Program-made: the position numbers and the translations under genes | Notes under the pieces: model-generated | Databases searched by the model: none | What the model was told of the DNA's origin: nothing | The model's input: the letters and a program-made list of their open reading frames with translations, nothing else | DNA from: Eledone cirrhosa | Lineage: Eukaryota | Length of the DNA: 64,000 nucleotides | Direction of reading: 5' to 3' | NCBI GenBank assembly: GCA_964016885.1 | Contig: OZ024741.1 | Location: 164,238,001-164,302,000, forward strand | Part shown: positions 1 to 12,480 of the stretch, one piece after another | How the letters are laid out: every line of letters starts with the position of its first letter | Position numbering within the stretch: the first letter of the stretch is position 1

Positions 1-3000
1 AACTCTTACAGTTACTGTTTGCGTTACTGTCTGCATAAGCGTCTATGTAAACTTTTGTGTTAGTATCTATGTAGACTGGTGTTAGCATCTGCGTTAGTGT
101 TTGGATTAGCCTTAGTGTTTGCGTATGGTGTCAGCATCTATGTCAGCATTTGCGTCAGCGTCTGCATTGGTGATAGTTATTGTGTCAGCATTTCCCTTAG
201 CGTCTTAGTCAACATTAGTGTTAGCATTAGTGTTTGTTTCAGTGCCTACGTCTACATCAGCTTCTGAATCAGCATTATCATTAGCGTCCGCGTCAGCACT
301 TGTGTCAGTGTCAGCGTTTGCATCAGCGTGCACGTCAGCATTTGCATTAGTGTTTGAGTCAGAGTTTGCATTTGTGTAGGGGTTAGCATTTGCGTCAGCA
401 TCTGCATCAGCATTCACATTAGCATTAGCGTTTGCGACAGCGTTTCCTTTAACGTCTTTGTCAGCATTTCCATTAGCATCTGTGTCAGTGTTTCTGTTAG
501 CTTCTACGTCAGCATTTCCGTTAGCTTCTACGTCAGTGTTTCCGTTAGCTTCTACATCAGCATCTATGTTAGCTTCTACGTCAGCGTCTACGTTAACATC
601 TACGTCATCGTTTACGTTACCTTCTACATCAGCATCTACATTAGCTTCTACGTCAACGCTTACATTAGTGTCTGTGTCAGCGTTTACGTTAGCTTCTACG
701 TCATCGCTTACATTAGCGTCTGCATCATCGTTTATGTTAGCGTCTGTGTCAACGTGTTAGCATCTGTGTCAGCGTTTATGTTAGCGTCTGCGTCAGTGTT
801 TATATTAGCATCTGCATAAGTGTTTACGTTAGCATCTGTGTTAACATGTGTCAGCGTCTGCGTCAGCATTTTCATTAGTGTTTGCATCAGTGTTTGCTTT
901 AGCTTCTACGTCAATGTTTACGTCTGCGTTAAGGTTCACATTAGCATCGCTGTCATCATTTGCATCAGCATTTGCGTTTGCTTTAACATCTGCATCAACA
1001 TTTGCGTCTGTGTTTGTATTAGTGTCTGCATTTGCTTTAGTGTTTGCATCAGTTTCAGCATTTGTGTCAGTGTCCACGTCAGCGTCAGAGTCTGTGTAGC
1101 ATTTACATCAGCGTGTGCATCAGAGTCTTTGTCAGCATTCGCCTTTGCACTTGCATCAGTATTCACCTTAGTGTTTGTGTCAGCGTAAGTGATTGTGTCA
1201 ACATTTGTGCTAGCGTTTGTGCCAGCAGAGCCATCTTCGTCAGTGTCAGCTTTGCCGTTAGTGTTTCCATTAGTGTTCATGTTAGTGTTTGATTTTGTAT
1301 TAGTGTTAGCAATTTTGTTAGTGTTAGTGCTAGCATTTTTGTTAGTGTTAGTGTTCAGGTTAATGTTGACTTAGTTTTCTGGTTATTGTTAGTTTTCAGG
1401 TTCGGGCTCATGTTACTTTTAGTGTTAGTGCTCAGGTTAGTGGTTTATGGTAGTGTTAGTTTTAGTGGTAGTGTTAGTGTTCAGGTTAATGTTCGTGTTA
1501 ATGACAGTTTTAGTGTTAGTATTTACGGTAGTGTTAGTGTTTCCATTAGTATTAGTGCTAGTCTTTGTTTTTCTGTTAATGTTAGTGTTTGTTTTAGTGT
1601 TGAGGTTAATGTTAGCTTAGTTTTCTGGTTAGTATCAGTTTTAGTGTTAGTGTTAGTTTTTATGGTAGTGTTAGTGTTATTGTTAGTGCTTAGATCAGTG
1701 TTACTGTTTATGGTAGTGTTAGTTTTAGTGCTAGTGTTTAGGTTAATGTTAGTTTTAGTGTAAGTGTTCAGATTAGTGTTAGTGTTCAAGTTATGTTAGT
1801 GTTAATGTTAGTTTTAGTGTTAAGGTTAGTGTTAGAGATTGTGTTAGTGTTTGTTTTTGTGTTAATATTTGTGTTAGTATCTCTGTTAGCATTAGTGTTA
1901 GTGATTGTGTTAGTGTTAGTATCTCTGTTAGTGTTAGTTTTAGTGTTAGTGTTCAGGTTAATGTTAGTGTTAGTTTTAGTGTTAAGGTTAGTGTTAGTAT
2001 TTGTTTTTGTGTTAATATTTGTGTTAGTATCTCTGTTAGCATTAGTGTTTGATGTTTCCATTAGTGTTAATCTTTGTTTTTGTGTTAATGTTAACATTAG
2101 TATTTCTGTTAGTGTTAGCATGTGTTTGTGTTAGTATTCAGGTTAATGTTAGCTTAGTTTTCAGGTTAGTGTTAGTGTTCAAGTTAATGTTAGTTTTAGT
2201 GTTAGAGATTGTGTTAGTGTTTGTTTTTGTTTTAATATTTGTGTTAGTATCTCTGTTAGTGTTAGTTTTAGTGTTAGTGTTCAGGTTAATGTTAGTTTTG
2301 TGTAAGTGTTCAGGTTAGTGTTAGTGATTGTGTTAATGTTAGTGTTAGTTTTAGTGTTAAGGTTAGTGTTAGAGTTTGTGTTAGTGTTAGTATTTGTTTT
2401 TGTGTTAATATTTGTGTTAGTATCTCTGTTAGCATTAGTGTTTGATGTTTCCATTAGTGTTAGTGATTGTGTCAGCGTTAGTCTTTGTTTTTGTGTTAAT
2501 GTTAGCATTAGTATTTCTGTTAGTGTTAGCATGAGTGTTTATGTTAGTGTTCAGGTTAATGTTAGCTTAGTTTTCAGGTTAGAGTTAGTGTTCAAGTTAA
2601 TGTTAGTTTTAGTGTTGAGGTTAGTGTTAGAGATTGTGTTAGTGTTTGTTTTTGTGTTAATATTTGTGTTAGTATCTCTGTTAGCGTTAGTGTTTGTTTT
2701 AGTGTTGAAGTTAATGTTAGCTTAGTTTTCTGGTTAGTATCAATTTTCAGATTAGTGTTTGTGTTAGTTTTACTTTTAGTGTTAGTGCTCAGGTCAGTGT
2801 TAGTGTTTATGGTAGTGTTACTTTTAGTGCTAGTGTTCAGGCTAATGTTTGTGCTAATGTTAGTTTTAGTGTAAGTGTTCAGGTTAGTGTTAGTGTTTGT
2901 ATTAGTGTTTACGGTAGTGTTAGTTTTAGTACTGGTGTTCAGGTTAGTGTTAGTGTCAGTTTTAGTGTTAGTGTTTGTGTTAGTTTTCTATTTATGTTAG

Positions 3001-3060
3001 TTTTCAGATTTTGTGTTTGTGTTAGTTTTCATGTTAGCGCTAAGTTCACTGTTAGAGCAT
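1..3060. repeat. Degenerate hexamer-based low-complexity satellite (GCGTCA/GCATCT grading into GTGTTA/TTAGTG)
   Basis: 6-bp periodicity throughout, ~18-bp higher-order units near 480-860, duplicated blocks at 1790-2700. The ORFs here are low-complexity (VLVLV/TNTNT) by-products. Confidence 0.9.
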
Positions 3061-3427
3061 GTGTGAGTGCAAGTGTTATTTTTAAAGTTTAGCTTAAAGT
3101 TAGGTTTTCTACTTTCCAGGAAAAAGGTTGATCCTCTCTAACTTGAGTGGTGTGATATATTGTGGTAAAGTATAGTGTTTCATAGTCTTGTGTGGTATTG
3201 TCTATTGTTGTATAGTGTAGTATGGTATATTGTTTCATAGCATGGTCTGATGTGAGGTCGTACAGTGTTTTGTAGTGTGGTGTTGGATAATCTGGTAGGG
3301 TATAATGTTTCTGAATGTGGTGTGGCATGGTATAGGTTGATGTAGTGTGGCTTAGTTTGATTATAATAATACAAATAATAATAACAATAATAATAGTAAT
3401 AATAATTGTTCTTCTTGTTCATTTTCT

Positions 3428-3560
3428 TTGTCTTCTTCTGTGCCTTTGACTCCTTCTGTGGCTTTGACTTCTTCTGTGCCTTTGACTTCTTCTGTGCCTT
3501 TGACTTCTTCTGTGCCTTTGACTTCTTCTGTGCCTTTGACTTCTCCTGTGCCTTTATCTT
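3428..3560. repeat. 18-bp tandem repeat (TTCTTCTGTGCCTTTGAC)n, ~7 copies
   Basis: Directly visible near-perfect 18-mer array. Confidence 0.9.
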
Positions 3561-4439
3561 CTCCTCTGCCATCTAAATACCAAAAACAAAGAATGTAAAA
3601 CATATATGTTGCCTATCTCTCAGACTTTACAAAGTGCTGAGGAGATAAAGTTAATTTAAAGAGCAGTGTGCTCATGCACTGTGATCCTATAATGTAGCTT
3701 ATAAGCTATTTCATAACTAAAAAACAATGTCAAACATCAACAAAAGTATATACAAATATCTTTGAATGTTTAAGTTAAACCTAAATAGATCGTATCTACA
3801 GGTCATTAGGTTAAGACTGAACTAAGATCATATCTATAAATCATTAGGTTTAGACTGAACTGAGATCATACTTTCTTCTTCTTTTCGTCATCTTCGTTTC
3901 CCGTGTCTTCTTTGACTTTGTTGTCATTTTCATTTTAGTCGTCTGCTTCGTCGTCTTTTTCTTCTTTTCCATCTAAATATAAAAAAAAATTGTAAACATA
4001 TATATAGCTGATCTCTCAGACTTTCACGAAACACCGAGGAGATACAGTTAATATAACGAGTGGGGAGCTCATATATATATATATATGGTATAGCATGGCG
4101 GTATGTGGTCTGGTGTGGTACAACATGGTGTGATGTGGTGTGGTATGATATGGTGAGGCGGGGGCGGGGACACAACGTTAGATTAATGTTAACAATACAC
4201 ATGTAGCATCCACATGTGATGAGAAGGGGAAACAGTGTTTAACTAATTTTAACATTACATGTAGCATCCATCTATAGGTGATTAAGTTAAGACTGAGGTG
4301 TAATCATATGAAAAGGTCAATTTAAAACTACACTGAGATTCTGCTTAAAATGATGGTCAATGAAGTGTTTACTTACTCAGATCCTTTGAAATAACTTTCT
4401 TTCTCTTACTGTAACTGGACATACCTACGAAATAGAAAA

Positions 4440-4800
4440 CAGTCGAATAGACAGTGGTGTGGTGTGGTGTGGTGTGGTGTAGTGTGGTATGATTTAGTGT
4501 AGTGGACAGGACAGTGGTGTGGTGTAATGTAGTGGAGTATGGTTTAGTGTAGTGGACAGTGGTGTGGTGTAGTGGAGTGTGGTTCAATGTAGGGTGGGGG
4601 ATATGGTGTAGTGGAGTGTGGTGGGATGTAGTGTGGTAGCATGTGTTGTGATGGCATGTGATGTGATGTGGCGTGGCATGGAGAAATGTTATGTGATGTG
4701 ATGAAATGTGATGTGGCGTCACATGGTGAAATGAGGCGAGACGTGGTGTGATGTGATGGTATGCAGAGTGATTTGATGTGGTGTGATGTGATGTGAAATT
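4440..4800. repeat. Degenerate pentamer repeat (GTGTG/GTGAT/GTAGT)n
   Basis: 5-bp periodic GT-rich tract; similar tracts at 3145-3355, 4085-4160 and 5445-5610. Confidence 0.85.
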
Positions 4801-5860
4801 TTTTCATCCTAATTTTTCATGTGCTATCAACTAATCCAATCTCCAAGATGCTTGAAACTGACTTTTTCCCCCCAGGAAAACGGCGGGGTGAGGTGCTTCA
4901 CCCTTCACCCGGATAACTCCTGCTTACTCGGAATTTTCTCTTTGATTCTATTTTCATGCGTTATCAGTGAATATGACTTCCAAACCAGTCAAAAACAACT
5001 AGCTTTGGAGAAAGAGGAGAGGGAGAGGGGAAGAGTTATGCAGATCTACACCCCACTCACATGTTGTGGGACTTAATCATTTTCGGTATAATTCCTGTGC
5101 TATTAATTTCCTATGCTATTTCCTATGCTATTTCCTATGCTATTTCCTGTGCTATAGCACTCAAAAGGAGACCGAAGAAAAAATCATTAGGGTATATATC
5201 TACAAAACGACAATGGTTTTTCCACCTGCTTTACCCATCCTTTTTTCTAGAACAACTAATCATTTCCAACTGGTTTGGCGGTCATATTCGTTGATAACAT
5301 ACGAAAAATCTTAGAGAAAACTCTGGGGTTAAATGAGAGAAGTGCATCCACCTAAGTTTTCCATGAAGAGAGAACCAATAACAAACATCTTGGAGATCAG
5401 ATTAGTTGATAACACATGAAAAAAAGATGAGGAAAATATTTTGGGTGTTATGTGGTATGGAGTAGTGTGGTGTGTTTTTATGTGGAGTGGAGTAGTGTGG
5501 TGTGTTTTTATGTGGTGTGATGTAGTGTGGTGTGTTGTGTTGTGGTGTTATGTAGTGTGGTGTAGTGTTGTATGTTTTTATGCCGTGTGGTGCGATGTGG
5601 TGTGGTGCAGTGAGGGTCTTCATCTTTATCTTTCTCTTCTTCATCTTTGTATTCAGTGCGGTGCAGTGAGCTTCTTCATCTTTATCTTTCTCTTCTTCAT
5701 CTTTGTATTCATCTTCTTTGTTTTGTCTTCCATCTAAACAAAAAAAAAAATATATAAAACATATATGTAGCCAATCTCTCAGACTTTTACAAAGTTCCAG
5801 GGAGATAAATTTAATAAGTGGTGTGTTACTGAACAGAGATACTACAAAATAGCTTAAAAG

Positions 5861-5903
<43 letters not shown>

Positions 5904-7063
5904 TACACGGGTGTGTATGATTGTGTATAGAAGATTATATTAATAAAAGGAATTCCAACTTTGTCTGATTTACTAGAATATTAAGTGTTAAGTGTTAATT
6001 GAACAAGTAATTTCATGCTTTCGCAATTTTCAGGTTCATATTCTGTGGTGACAGTCAAGTTTACAATTTTCAACTGTAATGAGATGGGTAAATCTTGTGC
6101 CTTATATACAGCGAAAAGCGGCTACAGAATGCTAGATTTTGCAAACTGTATTTCCACCAATCGGCGTGTAGTTTCACTGGATTACTGAAGCTGATTGGTT
6201 TAGGCATCACGGTTGGTTGGGCATGTCTAACGACTTCTATTTAGCCCTATTCAAAGCATCAATTGTTTTGCTATTTTTAGAAATGATGAAAATAGCATTT
6301 TCTAGGGTTTTTATACCCCTAAGAATTATTATTGTTCATTTACAAATGAGCGCAGAAAGCAAAGAAAATAGTGTTTAAGGAAGAGAAGACTCTAACATCA
6401 AAATATATATGTTTATGAAGTATTTTCTAATGGTAATAATATAATGTAATAAAGGAGATTAGTTAGGGTTTAAATGTTTTTATGTATTGTGATGTGTGAT
6501 ATGTAAAAGTCAGAAGAGCATGAAAGGGAGAAAAATATAATGAACTGAGGAGGAATAATCTAACGTCAAAAAAATATTTATGTTTACGAAGGATTTTTAA
6601 AGGTAATGCTATAAAGTATTTAAAAGGTAATAATAATTTTTATGGCCAATGATATGAAGAAAGATGAAAGAGTGGATATGTTGTGAGTAATAATAACAAT
6701 TGAGAAGTAGTTAGGAAGAAAAAAGTACAGATTAGAGGTTAGAAATTAAAAGAAAAGAGGAAGAAAGGAAAGTGATAAATAGGAATGATATAGAATGAGT
6801 AACTAGTATTATATAATGTATAATAAATAATATTGAAATAAGGTAGAAAGATGGGTATATTTTTGGTTCTGTATTGTTCTGTATTGTTGGAAAGTTTAGA
6901 TGGTAGTGTCTGAGTTTTTTGTCGATTATTAGAATTACTGGCACTGGTTTGTTTGGTCGACTGTTTAGAGTTGACAAGTTGTTTTATCACAGGTGTCTTC
7001 CACTCTTTAAGTAAATGATTTAAAAATATCTGTACTTGGGAGTCAGAAGAATCAAGCAGTTCT

Positions 7064-7163
7064 TTCATATATTCTTCAACATCTAAGTTTCATATATTCT
7101 TCAACATCTAAGTTTCATATATTCTTCAACATCTAAGTTTCATATATTCTTCAACAACTAAGT
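7064..7163. repeat. 25-bp tandem repeat x4 at the breakpoint of the PLE remnant
   Basis: TTCATATATTCTTCAACATCTAAGT repeated four times. Confidence 0.9.
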
Positions 7164-7164
7164 T

Positions 7165-7930
7165 TTTTTCAAGACAATGGTTGTTGAGAGGACATTTATT
7201 TTTAACAGGGCAATTACAATTACGATTAGAGAAATTAACAGAGTTATTAACAAGTGACCTAGTGTTATCTATAGGGGGAATTGGATTGGAAAAGTTATTT
7301 ACGATAGGAATAATAGTTTCCTGATTTAGATTGGTATTATGAACAATCGACGAAGTTACGTTTGACGTCGTATTTGAGTTTGCAGAAACTAGCCTAGAGT
7401 TAACAATGACGTCGGAAGTACTACTGCTATTATTATGACATTCAGTGTTGGAAGGAAGTGATTTAGTATTTAATATTTTATTGTTGTGTTTAGAGATAAT
7501 GTTGGAGGAGGTGGAATAGGAAAATGTTATTATATGTTTGTTAAATATTTTACTATAGATATGTGAGGGAGCGAAGCATTTATTTAAGGCACTAAAGAAT
7601 AATTTAGGAATATTATTATTAATAGAAATAGAGAAAGGAGCATTATACCAGATTATAATTTTGTATCTAGGTCTTTTATTTATGTTATTGGAATGATCAT
7701 AATTAATTATTTTACTGTAAGATCTTCTAGGATTGCTTTCTTTACTGTATTTGATTTTATCAGGATAACCGGCTTTAGAAAGCGCATTATTATAGTAATT
7801 GGCGTTAGCAACAAAGATAGTTTTATTAGATGATAGGTTTGATATTCTTTTTCCAATATTACTAACTATAGCATATTTAATGTTAGTGGGGTGGTTAGAT
7901 TAAAAATTAACATAATTTAGATTCTCATTA
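7165..7930 (-). pseudogene. Penelope-like element remnant (RT thumb, linker and start of Cys-rich/GIY-YIG region)
   Basis: Manual minus-strand translation gives NENLNYVNF*SNHP...IGKRISNLSSN...YYNNALSKAGY...IIWYNAPFS...IYSKIFNKH...NCNCPVKNKCPLNNHCL, colinear with the PLE ORF at 18408-20162. It contains stops. Confidence 0.85.
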
Positions 7931-8705
7931 AATATATATATATACATACATATTAGTTTTGACCGTCGGTCAGTCAATGGCAACATTGAGGACCGAGTAA
8001 GTTAGACCGCAGATATAAAAGACAGCGAGAAGCGAAAACCAACCAAACAGTGAGTGTGTTCTGTTATTAATTCTGGCAATATTACGCAAATATGACCCTC
8101 CCCAAATATAACAATATACATACATATATATATATATATATACAATATATTAATAAATGGAAACTGATATTATTTACCTTTTTCTTATCTTTTGCTTCTT
8201 CTTTTCTCTTGCGTTTGTTGACGCGCTATTCCCTGGATAAAAATGGCGCTAAACTTTTCCTTTTGAAAGAATAATGTGATTTGTCACATGATTGTGTTCA
8301 CGTGATATTACCTCTAAATATGTGTATGCGTATATACACCACGCATATATATATACACGCAGAAACACACACATACAATAACGACCAGAACTACGATTCT
8401 CGGAACGTGAAGCGCTCTGCCGCAGAATAAATGGTATTTAATTTTAATAATAATACTAATAATATATATATAAATATATATATTTATTAAAATAACAGAT
8501 TAAAGTTTAAGCAAAGAATCGGTGCTTTCACCCGTTTACAGATTGACTTTGTTAGATTCAGAAGATCCCGTTAAGGAGCGATTCTTTGCTTAAACTTTAA
8601 TCTGTTATTTTAATAAATATTTGCTCTACGGTTCTTATATATTTGATATATATTTTCCTTATCGAGCCCTCTTTGGATTTTAGTCTTCAATTTTATTATT
8701 ATTAC

Positions 8706-8780
<75 letters not shown>

Positions 8781-8844
8781 CTTAATTGAATTGATTATCA
8801 ATATCGTTTTTATGGCAAAAAATAGACAGAGAGTGAAAGATTTT

Positions 8845-8894
<50 letters not shown>

Positions 8895-9244
8895 AAAAAG
8901 AAGAGAAAAAACGAGACCCTTAGAAACGAATAAGAGTCATCAAAGCGATCATATGTATTGCTTTAAACTGTATTGCGAAGGGATACACTCGTATTTGAGG
9001 TACCATCATTTGGGATTTTAACACTCGGACTTTCCCCTCTCGGTTTTGAAATTTAGGGGAAATTTAGGGGTGACTGGGAATATTACATAATGTAGAGATT
9101 TTCTTTTCCTTTTCTATCATTTCTTATTTATGTATTTATATATTTATTTATCTACTCTCGTGATTGATATTCCGACAAATGTTAGGGGGTGTATTTTGGT
9201 TTTTTATTATGTCAGGCATAGCATCCAAAAATTTCTCCCTTCCC

Positions 9245-9309
<65 letters not shown>

Positions 9310-9406
9310 CGATGAAGTAATTCCGTCGGAAAAGACCAGGAAAGAAGAGCGCTCTATGTAGGTAACAGAGCTTAATAGTTATGTAATAAACAACATAAGG
9401 CAATTA

Positions 9407-9466
9407 TTCCATTTACCAGTGGTTTCTTAAAAGCAAAAGATTTTGCTTTCAATCCTCAGAATGAAA
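9407..9466 (-). ncRNA. Type I hammerhead ribozyme (family B)
   Basis: Minus strand: ttcatt-CTGAGGA-ttgaaagcaaaa.tc.ttttgcttttaa-GAAA-cc.act.g-GTA-aatgga. All three stems pair. Confidence 0.85.
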
Positions 9467-9664
9467 AAATCCTGGTCTGTTTATTGAATTTGGATTTTAA
9501 AAACAAAAATGCAATCTATATGAAAGTGAGGCTGGAGAAGGAAGAAGGAAAGGAAAAATAAAATAAAAGTACACAACAAACACACACACAAAAGCATACA
9601 TACACACACACATATATATATATATATATAAGAGGGTGTTAAAGTTTGCTTGAAGCATTGTGAA

Positions 9665-10600
9665 ATGTGAAAAATATGTAGTTTAGAAAGCCACAACAAT
9701 GCAGATGGGAAATCTCGAGGTAAGAAGTGAGTGAGAAATAGGAGAAAAGTGAAAATGAAAATGAAAACAAAACAAAGGTAGAAGGGTTACCGTAGTGAAG
9801 ATTTAATCCCAATATTTCGGGCTCACGCCCATCAACGGGGGAAAGTTCCAAAAGGGGGGGGGGGGGGGGGACAGGCTAAGCCGGAGAAAGTTGTATTGTC
9901 GTTAAAACTTAGGAATGCCGTTATGGGGAAAATTCAAACGAGGGTAAGAATGCGCGTGCGCGTGATAGGCTGTGGCAAAAGCTACTGACCAATTGGGTTA
10001 AATCAATAGGGTGCGCTAGCGTGTGAAAGCCGTAAAATATGTGTGTGTAAATATATGTGTGTAAGTGTGTGTGTATATGTGTATGTGTGTATGTAAATGA
10101 GTGTGTGTGTGTGAAAGATAGTGGGCCGTAGAAGCTGGAAAACAAAGAGTGTGAAAGGTGATAGGTTGTATAAACATGTGTGCGTGTATAAATATAGATG
10201 TGTGTGTGTATGTGTATGGGTATACATATAAGTGCGTGTGTGTGAAAGATAGTAGGCCGTAGGGGCTGTTACTGGTCACTATGGTTAAATTAGCCATGTC
10301 AGCTCATTTCTCTCAGCCCGGTTGTTAAGTAGGGGTCTGAGGTTCTTAATAACAAGTGCTTCCTTTATCCTTAAGGATCCGATGCTGCGTTCAGTCGCTA
10401 GGACTGTGACCAAGGAAATTGGCCGAGGAAATTGAAGAATGCATTATCCACAACGAAGGAGAGGAGTTGGTGGATGTCCGTGTGTGTGAGTCCCAAGCAG
10501 TGTAAGTTAGATGCTCGGACTCGTTCGGTCAACAGGTCGACGGCTGGGGATGCTGGTACGGAGGTATAAAGGGCGACCACATCAAGACTGAAGGCATATC
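9665..10600 (-). repeat. Inverted duplications of the adjacent PLE (3' end and 5' start)
   Basis: 9665-10418 is the reverse complement of ~11710-12445. 10418-10600 is the reverse complement of ~10603-10785. Confidence 0.9.
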
Positions 10601-10602
10601 AA

Positions 10603-12440
10603 CGGATATGCCTTCAGTCTTGATGTGGTCGCCCTTTATACCTCCGTACCAGCATCCCCAGCCGTCGACCTGTTGACCGAACGAGTCCGAGCATCTAACT
10701 TACACTGCTTGGGACTCACACACACGGACATCCACCAACTCCTCTCCTTCGTTGTGGATAATGCATTCTTCAATTTCCTCGGCCACACGTACAAACAGAT
10801 CTCTGGGCTACCTATGGGCTCTAGTCTGTCCGGCATACTTGCGATCTCGTACATGGACCACCTGGAACGCAAGGCACTCAACACCTGCCAACCCAACGCC
10901 GTCGCCTTCTACTCCAGATACGTCGATGACATACTGATACTCACTTCTTCCCGGGAGATGGCGAATGAAATTCACCAAATCTTCAACGACACTGACCATC
11001 ACGTCGATTTCACCATCGAACACCCTGGAGAAGACGGGTCACTCGCCCTCCTCGACTTCCGTATCAACATCTCGGAAGAAGGAGACATAAACACCACTTT
11101 CTACCGCAAGGCAGCGTGCAAGGACTTATTTGTGCATTACAACTCAGCCCTCCCCAACAACGCTAAGAGAGGCTATGTCCTAAATGAACTTACACGGATC
11201 ACTAATAGATGCAACGACCCGATGGGTGGTCTCACCCATACCACGCAATTCCGTAATCTACTCAAGTCTAATGGATATCCAAAGCGACTGATTAACGGAA
11301 TTAGAGACCCCAGACCCAATAGACAGACACCTACTAGAAACTTAGGTAAAAGCAGGTGCTTCTTTAAAATCGCCCACCTGAGTGAATATACCACGAACGC
11401 CATCCGCAGGGCCATACGGAGGGAGGGACTTGACATACATTTGGCCCACACAGGACCTTCGCTCCGAAGATGCCTCTCCAACAAACCCGACGAGTCAGAT
11501 GGAACGTGTTCCCTCAGCAACTGCCCGATACGGGGGGCAGATTGCCTACGCACCTATGTCGTATATAAGATTCAATGAGATAAATGTAACAAGTTCTACA
11601 TAGGTAGCACCATCCGACCCCTACATGTTCGTATCAAGGAACATGTCAACACCAACGCATCTTCCTTCCGTAAATACATCCTTAAATGCGGAAACCCACA
11701 GGGCAGACCCTTGGTAACAGCCCTAGCGACTGAACGCAGCATCGGATCCTTAAGGATAAAGGAAGCACTTGTTATTAAGAACCTCAGACCCCCACTTAAC
11801 AACCGGGCTGAGAGAAATGAGCTGACATGGCTAATTTAACCATAGTGACCAGTAACAGCCCCTACGGCCTACTATCTTTCACACACACGCACTTATATGT
11901 ATACCCATACACATACACACACACATTTATATTTATACACGCACACATGTTTATACAACCTACCACCTTTCACACTCTTTGTTTTCCAGCTTCTACGGCC
12001 CACTATGTTTCACACACACACACTCACATACATACACACATACACATATACACACACACTTACACACACATATATATTTACACACACATATTTTACGGCT
12101 TTCACACGCTAGCGCACCCTATTGATTTAACCCAATTGGTCAGTAGCTTTTGCCACAGCCTATCACGCGCACGCGCATTCTTTCCCTCGTTTGAATTTTC
12201 CCCATAACGGCATTCCTAAGTTTTAACGACAATACAACTTTCTCCGGCTTAGCCTGTTCCCCCCCCCCCTTTTGGAACTTTTCCCCGTTGATGGGCGTGA
12301 GCCCGAAATATTGGGATTAAATCTCCACTACGGTAACCCTTCTACGTTTGTTTCGTTTTCATTTTCATTTTCACTTTTCTCCTATTTCTTACTCACTTCT
12401 TACCTCGAGATTTCCAATCTGCATTGTTGTGGCTTTCTAA

Positions 12441-12445
<5 letters not shown>
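10603..12445 (+). mobile_element. 5'-truncated Penelope-like retroelement (Neptune/Nematis-like; RT + linker Cys motif + GIY-YIG)
   Basis: RT motifs SLDVVALYT, GLPMGSSLS, RYVDD, LDFRI, FYRK. The EN reads VVYKIQ*DKCNKFYIGST...RIKEH...IKEALVIK...LN in one frame to TAA at 11837-11839, with a single in-frame TGA at 11576-11578. Confidence 0.9.

Positions 12446-12480
<35 letters not shown>

Noticed and set aside
79-2725. Many ORFs with VLVLV, DADAN or TNTNT content
   Set aside because: Translations of a hexamer satellite, open in several frames and on both strands.
7960-8100. TATA-box/LTR-like segment
   Set aside because: Single copy in the window, no TG...CA ends, PBS or internal domain identified.
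12280-12322. ccGTTGAtgggc-gtga-gcccGAAAtattggga in the PLE 3' UTR (mirror near 9805-9845) as a hammerhead or SECIS
   Set aside because: Has a hairpin plus GAAA, but the core deviates (CCGUUGA), there is no clear stem III/NUH, and it lacks SECIS geometry. At best a degenerate HHR.
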